DNA of 64,000 nt, from contig NW_021833290.1 in NCBI RefSeq assembly GCF_006345805.1, positions 12,763-76,762 of the forward strand, in the 5' to 3' direction. Every line of letters begins with the position of its first letter. The first letter of the stretch is position 1. The position numbers and the translations under genes are program-made. Source of the stretch: Octopus sinensis (taxonomy: Eukaryota). The notes below the pieces were generated by a model. It saw only the letters and a program-made list of their open reading frames with translations. It made no database searches and was not told the DNA's origin. Below are positions 40,395 to 52,880 of the stretch, piece after piece.

Positions 40395-40466
40395 AATGTC
40401 TTTAAATTCGAAAGGCCCGTGAATAAACCTTCTTTGATGGTTGAAATGTTGTTCCATCTCAGATCT
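40395..40466 (-). CDS. LRR exon type B: DLRWNNISTIKEGLFTGLSNLKTL
   Basis: 72 nt; canonical splice sites; phase 2-2. Confidence 0.92.
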
Positions 40467-41630
40467 CTATAGCAGTAAAGAAAGAGTAAAATAGATTATA
40501 TGGAAAATATATGTGATACGACACCAAACACTGTGATTTCAGAATGAAAGGAAGAAAAAGAAGAAAGATAACGAAGAAAAAGAAGAAGTAGACGGAGGAG
40601 GAGGAGAAGAAGTAGAAGAAGAAGATGAGTAGAAGAAGAAAGTAGAAGAAGGAGAATTGGGCAGGAGGTGGAGGGGGCGGAAGAGAAGGTGTAGTGGGGA
40701 GGTTAGGAGGAGGACCAAGGAATGGATGACTGAGGAGCGGCAGCTGGGGGTAGAAGCAGAAGGAGCAGGAAGAGCATGAGAATGAGAATAAGAGGAAGAA
40801 TTGGCAGAGAATGGAAAAGAGGGAGACAAGTGACGGAGCAGAAAGTACAGAGAAGAAAAAGAAGAAGAAAAAAAGAAGAAGAAGAAGAAGAAGAAGAAGA
40901 AGAAGAAAAATAGAAGAAGAATACAAATAAGTAGAAAAATAAGAAGAAAAAAGAAGGCAAAGAAGAAGACAAAAAAGAAGTAGAACACGAAGAAAAGTAA
41001 CAAGAAGAAGAAGTAGATGAAGTAGAAGAAGAAGAAGACGACGAAGAAGAAGAGGAACATGTAGGAGATGAAGAGGGAAAGAAGAAGACGAAGAAGATGA
41101 AAAAAAAGAAAAATAGAAGAAGAGAAAGAAGAAATTGAAGAAAGAGTAGGATGAGTAGGACGAAGAGGGGAGGTTGAGGAGGAGAATTGCAATAAGAAGA
41201 AGAAAAAGGAGGAGAAGGAGGTGGAGCAGGAGGGAGAATAGGAGAATTACAAGAAGAAGAACAAAACAACAACAACAACAATAAAAAAAATTTATTTCGG
41301 TGGAAGTGTGGATAAATAACCACACGGCACCACAGAATCAAGAGAACAATGTGTAAGAAAATAGTAGCTAAAACTTATATTAATAGTGCAGATACATACA
41401 TACATATGAACATACACATATATATTTGCAGGAATTACATTTTTATGCAGACAATTATCAACTGACAGTCATTGACATGTTCAGACTCAATCAAATAAAT
41501 ATAAGACGAATATGAGAACTGAATATGATTTACAGTAATAGAGAGTGAGAAAACATGGAAATAAGGGGATATTAAATTTAAAGACATAGTATATTCCTCA
41601 TGTATAAACGACAACATTGAATGAACTTAC

Positions 41631-41702
41631 AATTTCTCTAAGTTGTGAAGGCCTTGAAACATCTCCTTTTCAATCCTTGAAATTTTATTGCTGTCAAGAG
41701 AT
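41631..41702 (-). CDS. LRR exon type A: SLDSNKISRIEKEMFQGLHNLEKL
   Basis: 72 nt; canonical splice sites; phase 2-2. Confidence 0.92.
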
Positions 41703-42524
41703 CTGAAGCAGGAAACAATATTGCTTAGATTGACATAGTGTGAATTGCGATAACATATTCAATATTGTTCTTTATGAAAAGGGACAAAATTATAGGAAAA
41801 TAATACAAGAGGAACAGGAAAGAGATTGAGGAGAAGAAGAAGACGAAGAAGGGGATGAGGGGAAGCGGAAAAGAAGAAGACTAGGAGGAAAAGGAGGGGG
41901 AGTAGAAGTAGAAGAAGGAAGAGTTGGAGGAGGAGGAGGGGAGAAGAAGAAGAAGGAGGAGGACTGAAGAGGACAAGGAGATGAAGGAGAGAAAGGAACA
42001 TAGGAGGAGGATGGGCAGAGGAAAAGAAGACAAAGAAGAAGAGGAGGAGGGGAAGGGGAAAATAAGAAGACAAGGAGGAAGAGGAGTTGGGAGAAGAAGT
42101 AGAAGGAGGAGGAGGAGAAGGATGAGTAGGAGGAGTAGGCGGAGATGAGGAGAAGTAGGTTGAGGACGGGGGAGGACAATGAGATGCAGGAGGGGGAATA
42201 GGAGGAGGAGGAGGAATGGGAGGAGTAGAAGAAGAAGATGTAGAAGATTAAAAAGAGGAGGAAGAAAAAGAAGATATAGAAGAATGAAGGGGATGGAGAG
42301 GAGAAGAATAATAAGAAGAAGAAGCAGGAAAAAGAAGAGGAAGAAGAAGTAGATGAAGAAGAAGAAGAAGAAGAAAAAGAAGAAGGAGAAGGAAATGGAG
42401 GAAAAGAGATGGATGAGGAGGAAGGGGAAGGAGAAGAAGGAGAAGAAGAAGAAGAACAACAACAACAACAAGAATAAGAAGAAGAAGTAGGAGGAAGAGG
42501 AGGAGAATAACAAAATGAAGAAGA

Positions 42525-42555
<31 letters not shown>

Positions 42556-43686
42556 AAGAAGGAGGAGGAAAAGTAGAAGAAGAAAAGAACAAAAAGAAGA
42601 AGAAGACGACGACGACGAAGAAGAAGTAGAAGAAGAAGAAGGAGAAGAAGAAGAAGAAGAAGTAAAAGAAGAAGAAGAAGAAGAAGAAGAAGAAGAAGAA
42701 GATACGTTGAAAATCATGGTGTTCAAGACGAAACTGAAAATGTTGTCATAATATCAGGAAATAATTCAAGGATAGAGCGGTAAATTTTGGGCGAGAAGAC
42801 ATGGCTGAAAAATCAGGGAATATACGGAATCAGAAATCAACATATTCAAACGCACTCATTCGCATTCTTATAGTCATAGTATCAACGACGGAATGCGCTA
42901 TGCACACTTACATCACTCATAATCCCACTCACACTTGTGGAAATATGGTGAGAGAGATTATTTATTTCATATCGCTTCATTGTCAGAAGAATATTAGAAA
43001 ACACACGCTTACAAGAAATATATCAGCAGTTTAATTGTATCAGGCCAAATATTCCAGCTTACAAGTACAGAAAGTATTTCAGGTTTACAGATAGAATGTA
43101 TGTGACTATATTATTCGAATATATATTTTCCGCTTCCACTTCAGTTACATAAATAACGTGAAGTGAATGACAAAATTCGAAGTTGAATGATAATATCGAA
43201 ACACGAAGGAGAATATTGAAATAAGAAATGGAGGAGGATGTAAAATATAAAATAAAGGAATAATATAGTCACATTTCACACAGAACTACACTTATATATG
43301 AACATACACATATACTTCAGCTAAAAGTATTTGATGCAAACATGTAAACTCACAAACGTTACCATTTCTAATACAAATTCATATCAAAACCTTTGAAATT
43401 TGGGGAACAAAAATGAGTTATTGAGATGCAAATTGAAACAAAGCAACTACAATAAAGGAACATTGTATTTTTCCTATTATTTCACTTTCTCTCTCAAATT
43501 CTCTCTCTTTCTTTCACATTGTCTCGCTCTCTCATATTCTTTTTGTATCTTCCTAAATCGTATTCATTCTACAAATTCGAATTGATTTTGTTTGGTGCAG
43601 TCTGAAAGTTTATACATTTGTGAGCTTATATGTCAGCATCAATTATAACTTTCGGAAAATAGTATCAAGAAATTAAACGAACTTAC

Positions 43687-43758
43687 AATTCTTTTAAATT
43701 TGAAAGCCCCGTGAATGTACCTTCTTTGATGGTTGAAATGTTGTTCTCGTACAGATCT
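43687..43758 (-). CDS. LRR exon type B: DLYENNISTIKEGTFTGLSNLKEL
   Basis: 72 nt; canonical splice sites; phase 2-2. Confidence 0.92.
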
Positions 43759-45035
43759 CTATAGCAGTAAAGAAAGAGTAAAATAGATTATATGGAAAAT
43801 ATTTGTGATTCGATATCAAACACTGTGACTTCAGAATGAAAGGAAGAAAAAGAAGAAAGATAACGAAGAAGAAGAAGAAGAAGAAGAAGATTAAGACAGG
43901 AAAAGAAGAAGAAGAAGAAAGGAAAAGAAGAAGAAAAAGAAAGAAAAAGGAGAAGAAGAAGCAGTAGTAGAAGAAAAAGAAAAGTAGAAGAAGGGGAATT
44001 AGGGACGAGGTGGAGGATGTGGGGGTGGAGCAGAGGTGGGGAGGTTAGGAGGAGGACAAAGGAAGGGATGCCTGTTCAGGGGGCCGCTGAGGGTAGCAGC
44101 TGAAGGAGCAGGAAGAGCTGGAGACTGAGAATAAGAGGGAGAATTGGCAGAGAATGGAAAAGAGGGAGACCAGTGACGGAGCATAAAGTACAGAGAAGAA
44201 AAAGAAGAAGAAGACAAAGAAGAAGAAGAAGAACAAAATTAGAAGAGGAAGAAGGAGGAGGAGAAGAAGTAGAAGAAGAAGCAGAAGAAGAAGAAAACAA
44301 AGAAAATTAAGAAGAAGAAGAAAAAAGAAGGCAAAGAAGAAGTAGAACACGAAGAAAAGTAACAAGAAGAAGAATAAGTAGAAGAAGAAGAAGAGGAAGA
44401 AGAAGAAGACAAAGAAAAGGAAGAAGAAGAAGAAGAGGAAGAAGAAGAAGACGACGAAGAAAAGGAACATGAAGGAGATGGAGAAGGAAAGAAGAAGACG
44501 AAGAAGATGAAGAAGAAGAAAAATAGAAGAAGAGAAAGAAATTGAAGAAAAAGGAGGATGAGTAGGACGAAGAGGGCATGTTGAGGAGGAGAATTGCAAT
44601 AAGAAGAAGAAAATGAGGAGAAGGAGGTGGAGGAGGAGGGGGAATAGGAGAATTACAAGAAGAAGAACAAAAACAACAACAACAACAACAAAAATATTAT
44701 CTCGGTGGAAGTGTGGATAAATAACCACACGGCACCACAGAATCAAGAGAACAATGTGTAAGAAAATAGTAGCTAAAACTTATATTAATAGTGCAGATAC
44801 AGACATACATATGAACATACACATATATATTTTCAGGAATAACATTTTTATGCAGACAATTATCAACTGACAGTCATTGACATGTTCAGACTCAATCAAA
44901 TAAATATAAGACGAATATGAGAACTGAATATGATTTACAGTAATAGAGAGTGAGAAAACATGGAAATAAGGGGATATTAAATTTAAAGACATAGTATATT
45001 CCTCATGTATAAACGACAACATTGAAAGAACTTAC

Positions 45036-45107
45036 AATTCCTCTAAGCTGTGAAGGCCTTGAAACATCTCCTTTTCAATCCTTGAAATTTTATTGTAGGA
45101 AAGATCT
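45036..45107 (-). CDS. LRR exon type A: DLSYNKISRIEKEMFQGLHSLEEL
   Basis: 72 nt; canonical splice sites; phase 2-2. Confidence 0.92.
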
Positions 45108-46760
45108 CTGAAGCAGGAAACAATATTGGTTAGATTAACATAGTGTGAATTGCGATAACATATTCAATATTGTTCTTTATGAAGAGGGACAAAATTATAG
45201 GAAAATAATACAAGAAGAAGAGGAACAGGAAAGAGATTAAGGAGAAGATGAAGAAGAAAGAGAGGAGGGGAAGGGGAAAAGAAGAAGTCAAGGAGGAAGA
45301 GTAGGGGGGAGAAGAAGTAGAAGAAGGAGGAGTTGGAGGAGGAGGAGGAGGAGGAGGGGAGGTGAAGTAGGATGAGGACAGGGAAGGACAAGGAGATGCA
45401 GGAGGGGGAGGAAAATAGGAGGAGGTGCAGAGGGTAGAGTATAAGAAGATATAGAAGATTAAAAGTGGAGGAAGAAAAAGAAGTAGAAGGAAGAGGAGGG
45501 TGAAAAGAAGAAAAAGAAGAAGAAGAAAAAGAAGAAGTAAAACGAGAAGAAGAAGCGGAAAATGAAGAAGAAGTAGAAGCAGGAAAAAAGGAGAAGAAGG
45601 AAGAAGAGAAAAATAGGTGGAGGCGGAGGTGGAAGAGGAAGGGGAAGAAGAAGAAGACAGATGAGAAGGAGGAGGAGGAGGAGGAGGAGGAAGGGGAAGT
45701 AGAAGAAAAAGAAGGAGGAGAAGGAGGAGGAGGAAGAGTAGTAGAAGAAGAAGAATAAGATGAAGAAGAAGAAGATGACACTTTGAATATCATGGTATTC
45801 AAGATGAATCTGGAAATGTTCTCAAGATATCAGGAAATAATTCAAGGATAGATCGAGAAATTTTGGGCGAGAAGACATGGCTGAAAACTCAGGGAATATA
45901 CGAAATCAGAAATCAACATATTCAAATGCACTCATACGCATTTTTATTTTCATAGTATCAACAACGGAATGCGGTATGCACACTCACATCACACATAATC
46001 CCACTCACACTTGTGGAAATATGGTGAGAGAGATTATTTATTTCATATCGCTTCATTGTCAGAAGAATATTAGAAAACACACGCTTACAAGAAATATATC
46101 AGCAGTTTAATTGTATCAGGCCAAATATTCCAGCTTACAAGTACAGAAAGTATTTCAGGTTTACAGATAGAATGTATGTGACTATATTATTCGAATATAT
46201 ATTTTCCGCTTCCACTTCAGTTACATAAATAACGTGAAGTGAATGACAAAATTCGAAGTTGAATGATAATATCGAAACACGAAGGAGAATATTGAAATAA
46301 GAAATGGAGGAGGATGTAAAATATAAAATAAAGGAATAATATAGTCACATTTCACACAGAACTACACTTATATATGAACATACACATATACTTCAGCTAA
46401 ATGTATTTGATGCAAACATGTAAACTCACAAACGTTACCATTTCTAATACAAATTCATATCAAAATCATTGGAATTTGGGGGAAAAATGAGTTATTGAGA
46501 TGCGAATTGAAACAAAGCAACTACAATAAAGGAACATTATATTTTTCCTATTATTTCACTTTCTCCCCCAAATTCTCTCTCTTTCTTTCACATTGTCTCG
46601 CTTTCTCCTATTCTCTTTGTATCTTCTTAAATCTTGTTCATTCTACAAATTTGAATTGATTTTGTTTAGTTCAGTCTGAAATTTTATACATTTGTGAGCT
46701 TATATATCAGCATCAATTAATACTTTCGGATAATAGTATCAAGAAATTAAACGAACTTAC

Positions 46761-46832
46761 ACTGTTTTTAAATTGGAAAGCCCCGTGAATACACCTTCTT
46801 TGATGGTTGAAATGTTGTTCCCGAAAAGATAT
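46761..46832 (-). CDS. LRR exon type B: YLFGNNISTIKEGVFTGLSNLKTV
   Basis: 72 nt; canonical splice sites; phase 2-2. Confidence 0.9.
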
Positions 46833-48850
46833 CTATAGCAGTAAAGAAAGAGTAAAATAGATTATATGGAAAATATTTGTGATACGACATCAAACACTGT
46901 GACATCTGAATGAAAGGAAGAAAAAGAAGAAAGATAACGAAGAAGAAAAGGAAGAAGAAGGAGGAGGAGGAGGCGAAGAGGAAGAAAAGTAGAAGAAGAA
47001 GAATTAGTAGAAGAAGAAAGGAGAAGAGGTAGTAGAAGAAAAAGAAGCGAAAGAAGGAATACCTGGAAAAAGGAGGAGGAGGATGATAAAAGGGAAGAAG
47101 AAGTAGAAGAAAAAGTAAAAGAAGAAGAAGAAGGGGATGGGAGGAAAAGAATAACAAGAAGAAGAAGATAAATATAAGAAAGACGAGAGGAGGAGGAGGA
47201 GAAGTAGGTGAAGAAGTAGAAATAAGAAGAAGAAGAAGGAGAAGAAGAACAACAACAAGTCGAAATAGAAGGAGGATGAGGAGGGGGAGGGGAAGAAGAA
47301 ATATTGCAAGAAGAAGGAAGGAAAGAACAGGAAGAAGAAGATGTAGAAGTAGTAGAAGCAAGAAAAAGAAGAAAGATAACGAAGAAGAAAAGGAAGAAGA
47401 AGGAGGAGGAGGAGGCGAAGAGGAAGAAAAGTAGAAGAAGAAGAATTAGTAGAAGAAGAAAGGAGAAGAGGTAGTAGAAGAAAAAGAAGCGAAAGAAGGA
47501 ATACCTGGAAAAAGGAGGAGGAGGATGATAAAAGGGAAGAAGTAGAAGAAAAAGTAAAAGAAGAAGAAGAAGGGGATGGGAGGAAAAGAATAACAAGAAG
47601 AAGAAGATAAATATAAGAAAGACGAGGAGGAGGAGGAGGAGAAGTAGATGAAGAAGTAGAAATAAGAAGAAGAAGAAGGAGAAGAAGAACAACAACAAGT
47701 CGAAATAGAAGGAGGATGAGGAGGGGGAGGGGAAGAAGAAATATTGCAAGAAGAAGAAGGAAGGAAAGAACAGGAAGAAGAAGATGTAGAAGTAGTAGAA
47801 GCAAGAAAAAGAAGAAGATGAAGGAGGTGGAGGAGAAGGAGATAGAGAATAACAAAAACAGAAGTGAAGAAGAAGAAGGAGGAGGAGGAGGAGTAGAAGA
47901 AGAAGTAGAAAGAAGAAGAGGAAGAAAAAAAGAAAAAGACAAAGAAGAAGAAGAAGGAAGGGGAGGAAAAAGGAGGAGGAGGAGTGTGAAGGAGGAGAAT
48001 AAGTAGGAGAACATGAAAAAGAAGAAGAAGATGAAGGAGGAGGAGGTTGAGAATAACAAAAAGAAGAATATAAGAAGAAGAAAGAGGAGTAGGAGGAGAA
48101 GTAGATGAAGAAGTAGAAAGTAGTGGTAGAAGAAGACATAGAAGAAGAAGAAAAAAGAAGTAGAAGAATGAGAAGAAGAAATGAAAAAGAAGAAGGAAGG
48201 AACAGAAGAAGAAGAATTAGAAGAAGAAGCAGAAGAAGAAGAAAATGAAGCAGGAGAGGAGGGGAGGAGGAGAATAACAAGAAGAAAAAGGAGGAGGCGC
48301 GGAGAGGATTGGGTAGAAAAAAAGAAGAGGAAAAAAGAAGTAGAAGAAGGAAGGGGAAAAAGGAGGAGGAAGAAGATGAAAGGGAAAAAGTAGGGGTAGA
48401 AGAAAAAGAAGAAGAAGAAGAACAAGGAGGAGGAGGAGGAGGAGTAGATGAAGAAGTTGAAAGTAGAAGAGGAAGAAGTGGAAGAAGAAGAAAAAAGGAG
48501 AAGCGAGAGAAGAAGAAGGTTAAGAAGAAGTAGTAGAGAGAGAAGAAGAAGAAGAAAAAGAAGAAGAAGAAGGAGGAGAAGAAGGTGCAGCAGGAGGAGA
48601 GGAACAGAAGGAAGAAGAAGAAAAAGAAGAAGAAGAAGAAGAAGAAGAAGAAGAAAAAAGGAGAAGCGAGAGAAGAAGAAGAAGGAGGAGGAGGAGGAGA
48701 AGTAGATGAAGAAGAAGAAAAAGAAGAAGAAGAAGAAGGAAAAGAAGAAGAAAACGAAGGAAAAGAAGAAGAAGGCAGAATACGAAATGACAAAAAGATG
48801 AAGAAGAAGGCGGAGAAGGAGAAATAGAATAAGAAAAAGAACAAAAAGAA

Positions 48851-48882
<32 letters not shown>

Positions 48883-50094
48883 AAAATATAAAGCGGGAGA
48901 AGAAGAAGAAGAAGAACAACAACAACAACAACAACAACAAAAAGAAGAAAAAGAGGAAGAAGAAGAAGAAGAAGTGGAAAAAGAAAAAGATAAAGAGGGA
49001 GAAGAAGAAGAACAACAACAAAAAGAAGAAGAAGAAGAAGAAGAAGAAGAAGAAAAGATAAAGAGGGAGAAGAAGAAGAAGAAGAAAAAGAAGAAGAAAA
49101 AGAAGAAGAAGAAGAAGAAGAAGAAGATGACAATTTAAAAATGATGGTGTTCATGATGAAACTGAAAATGTTCTCATAATATCAGGAAATAATTCAAGGA
49201 TAGAGCGATAAATTTTGGGCGAGAAGACATGGCTGAAAAATCAGGGAATATACGGAATCAGAAATCAACATATTCAAATGCACTCATACGCAATCTTATA
49301 TTCATAGTATCAACGACGGAATGCGGTATGCACACTTACATCACACATATTCCCACTCACCTTTGTGGAAACATGGTGAGAGAGATTATTTATTTCATAT
49401 CGCTTCATTGTCACAAGAATATTAGAAAACACACGCTTACAAGAAATATATCAGCAGTTTAATTTATCAGGCCAAATATTCCAGCTTACAAGTACAGTAA
49501 GTATTTCAGGTTTACAGATAGAATGTATGTGACTATATTATTCGAATATATATTTTCCGCTTCCACTTCAGTTACATAAATAACGTGAAGTGAATGACAA
49601 AATTCGAAGTTGAATGATAATATCGAAACACGAAGGAGAATATTGAAATAAGAAATGGAGGAGGATGTAAAATATAAAATAAAGGAATAATATAGTCACA
49701 TTTCACACAGAACTACACTTATATATGAACATACACATATACTTCAGGTAAAAATATTTGATGCAAACATGTAAACTCACAAACGTTACCATTTCTAATA
49801 CAAATTCATATCAAAATCATTGAAATTTGGGAACAAAAATGAGTTATTGAGATGCGAATTGAAACAAAGCAACTACAATAAAGGAACATTATATTTTTCC
49901 TATTATTTCACTTTCTCTCTTAAATTCTCTCTCTTTTTTCACATTGTCTCGCTCTCTCCTATTCTCTTTGTATCTTCCTAAATCGTATTCATTTTACAAA
50001 TTTGAATTGATTTTGTTCGGTGTAGTCTGAAATATTATACATTTGTGACCTTATATATCAGCATCAATAATATCAAGAAACTGAACGAACTTAA

Positions 50095-50166
50095 AATTCT
50101 TTTAAATGTGAAAGCCCCGTGAATGCTCCTTCTTTGATGGTTGCAATGTTGTTGTTCCACAGTTCT
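50095..50166 (-). pseudogene. LRR exon type B with destroyed donor (GT>TT): ELWNNNIATIKEGAFTGLSHLKEL
   Basis: 72 nt open frame; the plus strand reads aacttaa instead of aacttac at 50088-50094. Confidence 0.75.
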
Positions 50167-51006
50167 CTATAGCAGTAAAGAAAGAGTAAATTAGATTATA
50201 TGGAAAAAATATGTGATACGACATCAAACACAGTGACATCTGAATGAAAGGAAGAAAAAGAAGAAAGATAACGAAGAAGAAGAAGAAGAAGAAGAAGAAG
50301 GGGAAGAAGAAGAAGAAGAAGGAGAAGAACAAGAAGAAGAAGAAGAAGAAGAAGAAGAGGAAGTAAAAGAAGACGAAGACAAAGAAAAGGAAGAAGAAGA
50401 AGAAGAAGAGGAAATAGAAGAAGACGACAAAGAAGACGGAACATGAAGGAGATGAAGAAGGAAAGAAGAAGAGGAAGTATAAAAAGAAGAAAAAGAAGAA
50501 GAGAAAGAAGAAATTGAAGAAAAAGGAGGATGAGTAGGACGAAGAGGGGAGGTTGAGGAGGAGAATTGCAATAAGAAGAAGAAAATTAGGAGAAGGAGGT
50601 GGACGAGGAGGGGGAATAGGAGAATTACAAGAAGAAGAACAAAAACAACAACAACAACAACAAAAATATTATCTCGGTGGAAGTGTGGATAAATAACCAC
50701 ACGGAACCTCAGAATCAACAGAACAATGTGTAAGAAAATAGTAGCTAAAACTTATATTAATAGTGCAGATACAGACATACATATGAACATACACATATAT
50801 ATTTTCAGGAATAACATTTTTATGCAGACAATTATCAACTGACAGTCATTGACATTTCAGACTCAATCAAATAAATATAAGACGAATATGAGAACTGAAT
50901 ATGATTTACAGTAATAGAGAGTGAGAAAACATGGAAATAAGGGGATATTAAATTTAAAGACATAGTATATTCCTCATGTATAAACGACAACATTGAAAGA
51001 ACTTAC

Positions 51007-51078
51007 AATTTCTCTAAGCTGTGAAGGCCTTGAAACATCTCTTTTTCAATCCTTGAAATTTTATTGTAGCCAAGATCT
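51007..51078 (-). CDS. LRR exon type A: DLGYNKISRIEKEMFQGLHSLEKL
   Basis: 72 nt; canonical splice sites; phase 2-2. Confidence 0.92.
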
Positions 51079-52808
51079 CTGAAGCAGGAAACAATATTGG
51101 TTAGATTAACATAGTGTGAATTGCGATAACATATTCAATATTGTTCTTTATGGAAGGAGACAAAATTATAGGAAAATATACAGAAGAAGAGGAACGAAAG
51201 AGATTAAGGAGAAGAAGAAGAAGAAGAAGAAGAAGAAGAAGAAGAAGAAGAAAGAGAGGAGGGGAGGGAAAAGAAGAAGTCAAGGAGGAAGAGAAGGGGG
51301 GAGAAGAAGTAGAAGAAGGAGGAGTTGGAGGAGGAGGGGAGGTGAAGAAGGATGAGGACAGGGAAGGAAAGGAGATGCAGGAGGGGGAGGAAGGGAGGAA
51401 AATAGGAGGAGGTGCAGAGGATAGAGTATAAGAAGATATAGAAGATTAAAAAGTGGAGGAAGAATAAGATGAAGTAGAAGGGAGAAGAAAGGGGAGGAGG
51501 AGAAGAAGAGAAGAGGAAGAAGAGAGGAGAAGAAGAAGAAGGAGAGAAGAGAAAGAAGAAGTAAAAGGAGAAGAAGAGCGGAAGAAAATGAAGAAGAAGA
51601 AGAAGCATGAAAAAAGAAGAGAGAAAAAGAAAAAGAAGGAGAAGAAGGAAGAAGAGGAAAATAGGTGGAGGCGGAGGAGTAGGAGGAAGCGGAAGGAGAA
51701 GAAGAGGACAAAGGAGAAGGAGGAGGAAGAGAAGTAGGAGAAGAAGAAGAAGAAGAAGAAGAAGAAGAAGAAGAAGAAGAAGAAGAAGAAGAAGAAAAGA
51801 AGAAGAAAAGAAGATGACACTTTGAATATCATGGTGTTGAAGACGAAACTGAAATTGTTCTTAAAATATCAGGAAATAATTCAAGGATAGATCGATAAAT
51901 TTTGGGCGAGAAGACATGGCTGAAAAATCAGGGAATATACGGAATCAGAAATCAACATATTCAAATGCACTCATACGCATTCTGATATTCATAGTATCAA
52001 CGACGGAATGCGGTATGAACACTCACATCACACATATTCCCAATCACACTTGTGGAAATATGGTGAGAGAGATTATTTATTTCATATCGCTTCATTGTCA
52101 CAAAAATATTAGAAAACACACGCTTACAAGAAATATATCAGCAGTTTAATTGTATCAGGCCAAATATTCCAGCTTACATGTACAGTAAGTATTTCAGGTT
52201 TACAGATAGAATGTATGTGACTATATTATTCGAATATATATTTCCCGCTTCCAATTCAGTTGCTCTATTACATAAATAACATGAAGTGAATGATAAAATT
52301 CGAAGTTGAATGATAATATCGAAACACGAAGGAGAATATTGAAATAAGAAATGGAGGAGGATGCAAAATATAAATAAAGGAATAATATAGTCACATTTCA
52401 CACAGAACTACACTTATATATGAACATACACATATACTTCAGGTAAAAATATTTGATGCAAACATGTAAACTCACAAACGTTACCATTTCTAATACAAAT
52501 TCATATCAAAATCATTGAAATTTGGGTAACAAAACTGAGTTATTGAGATGCGAATTGAAACAAAGCAACTACAATAAAGGAACATTATATTTTTCCTATT
52601 ATTTCACTTTCTCCCCCAAATTCTCTCTCTTTCTTTCACATTGTCTCGCTCTCTCCTATTCTCTTTGTATCTTCCTAAATCTTGTTCATTCTACAAATTT
52701 GAATTGATTTTGTTTGGTTCAGTCTGAAATTTTATACATTTGTGGGCTTATATATCAGCATCAATTAATACTTTTGGATAATAGTATCAAGAAATTAAAC
52801 GAACTTAC

Positions 52809-52880
52809 ACTTTTTTTTAAATTGGAAAGCCCCGTGAATACACCTTCTTTGATGGTTGAATGTTGTTCTCGGAAAGATAT
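52809..52880 (-). CDS. LRR exon type B with two compensating homopolymer indels (restored: YLSENNISTIKEGVFTGLSNLKKV)
   Basis: 72 nt with canonical splice sites. Relative to 46761-46832 it has -1 near 52860 and +1 in the T run at 52811-52818, giving an in-frame TAA as assembled. Confidence 0.7.

Noticed and set aside
34380-52149. Recurrent ORFs MAEKS(W/G)NIRNQKST... (+) and MLSFIHEEYTMSLNL... (-)
   Set aside because: They recur only because the intron blocks were duplicated; lengths and frames vary between copies and no domain is recognisable.
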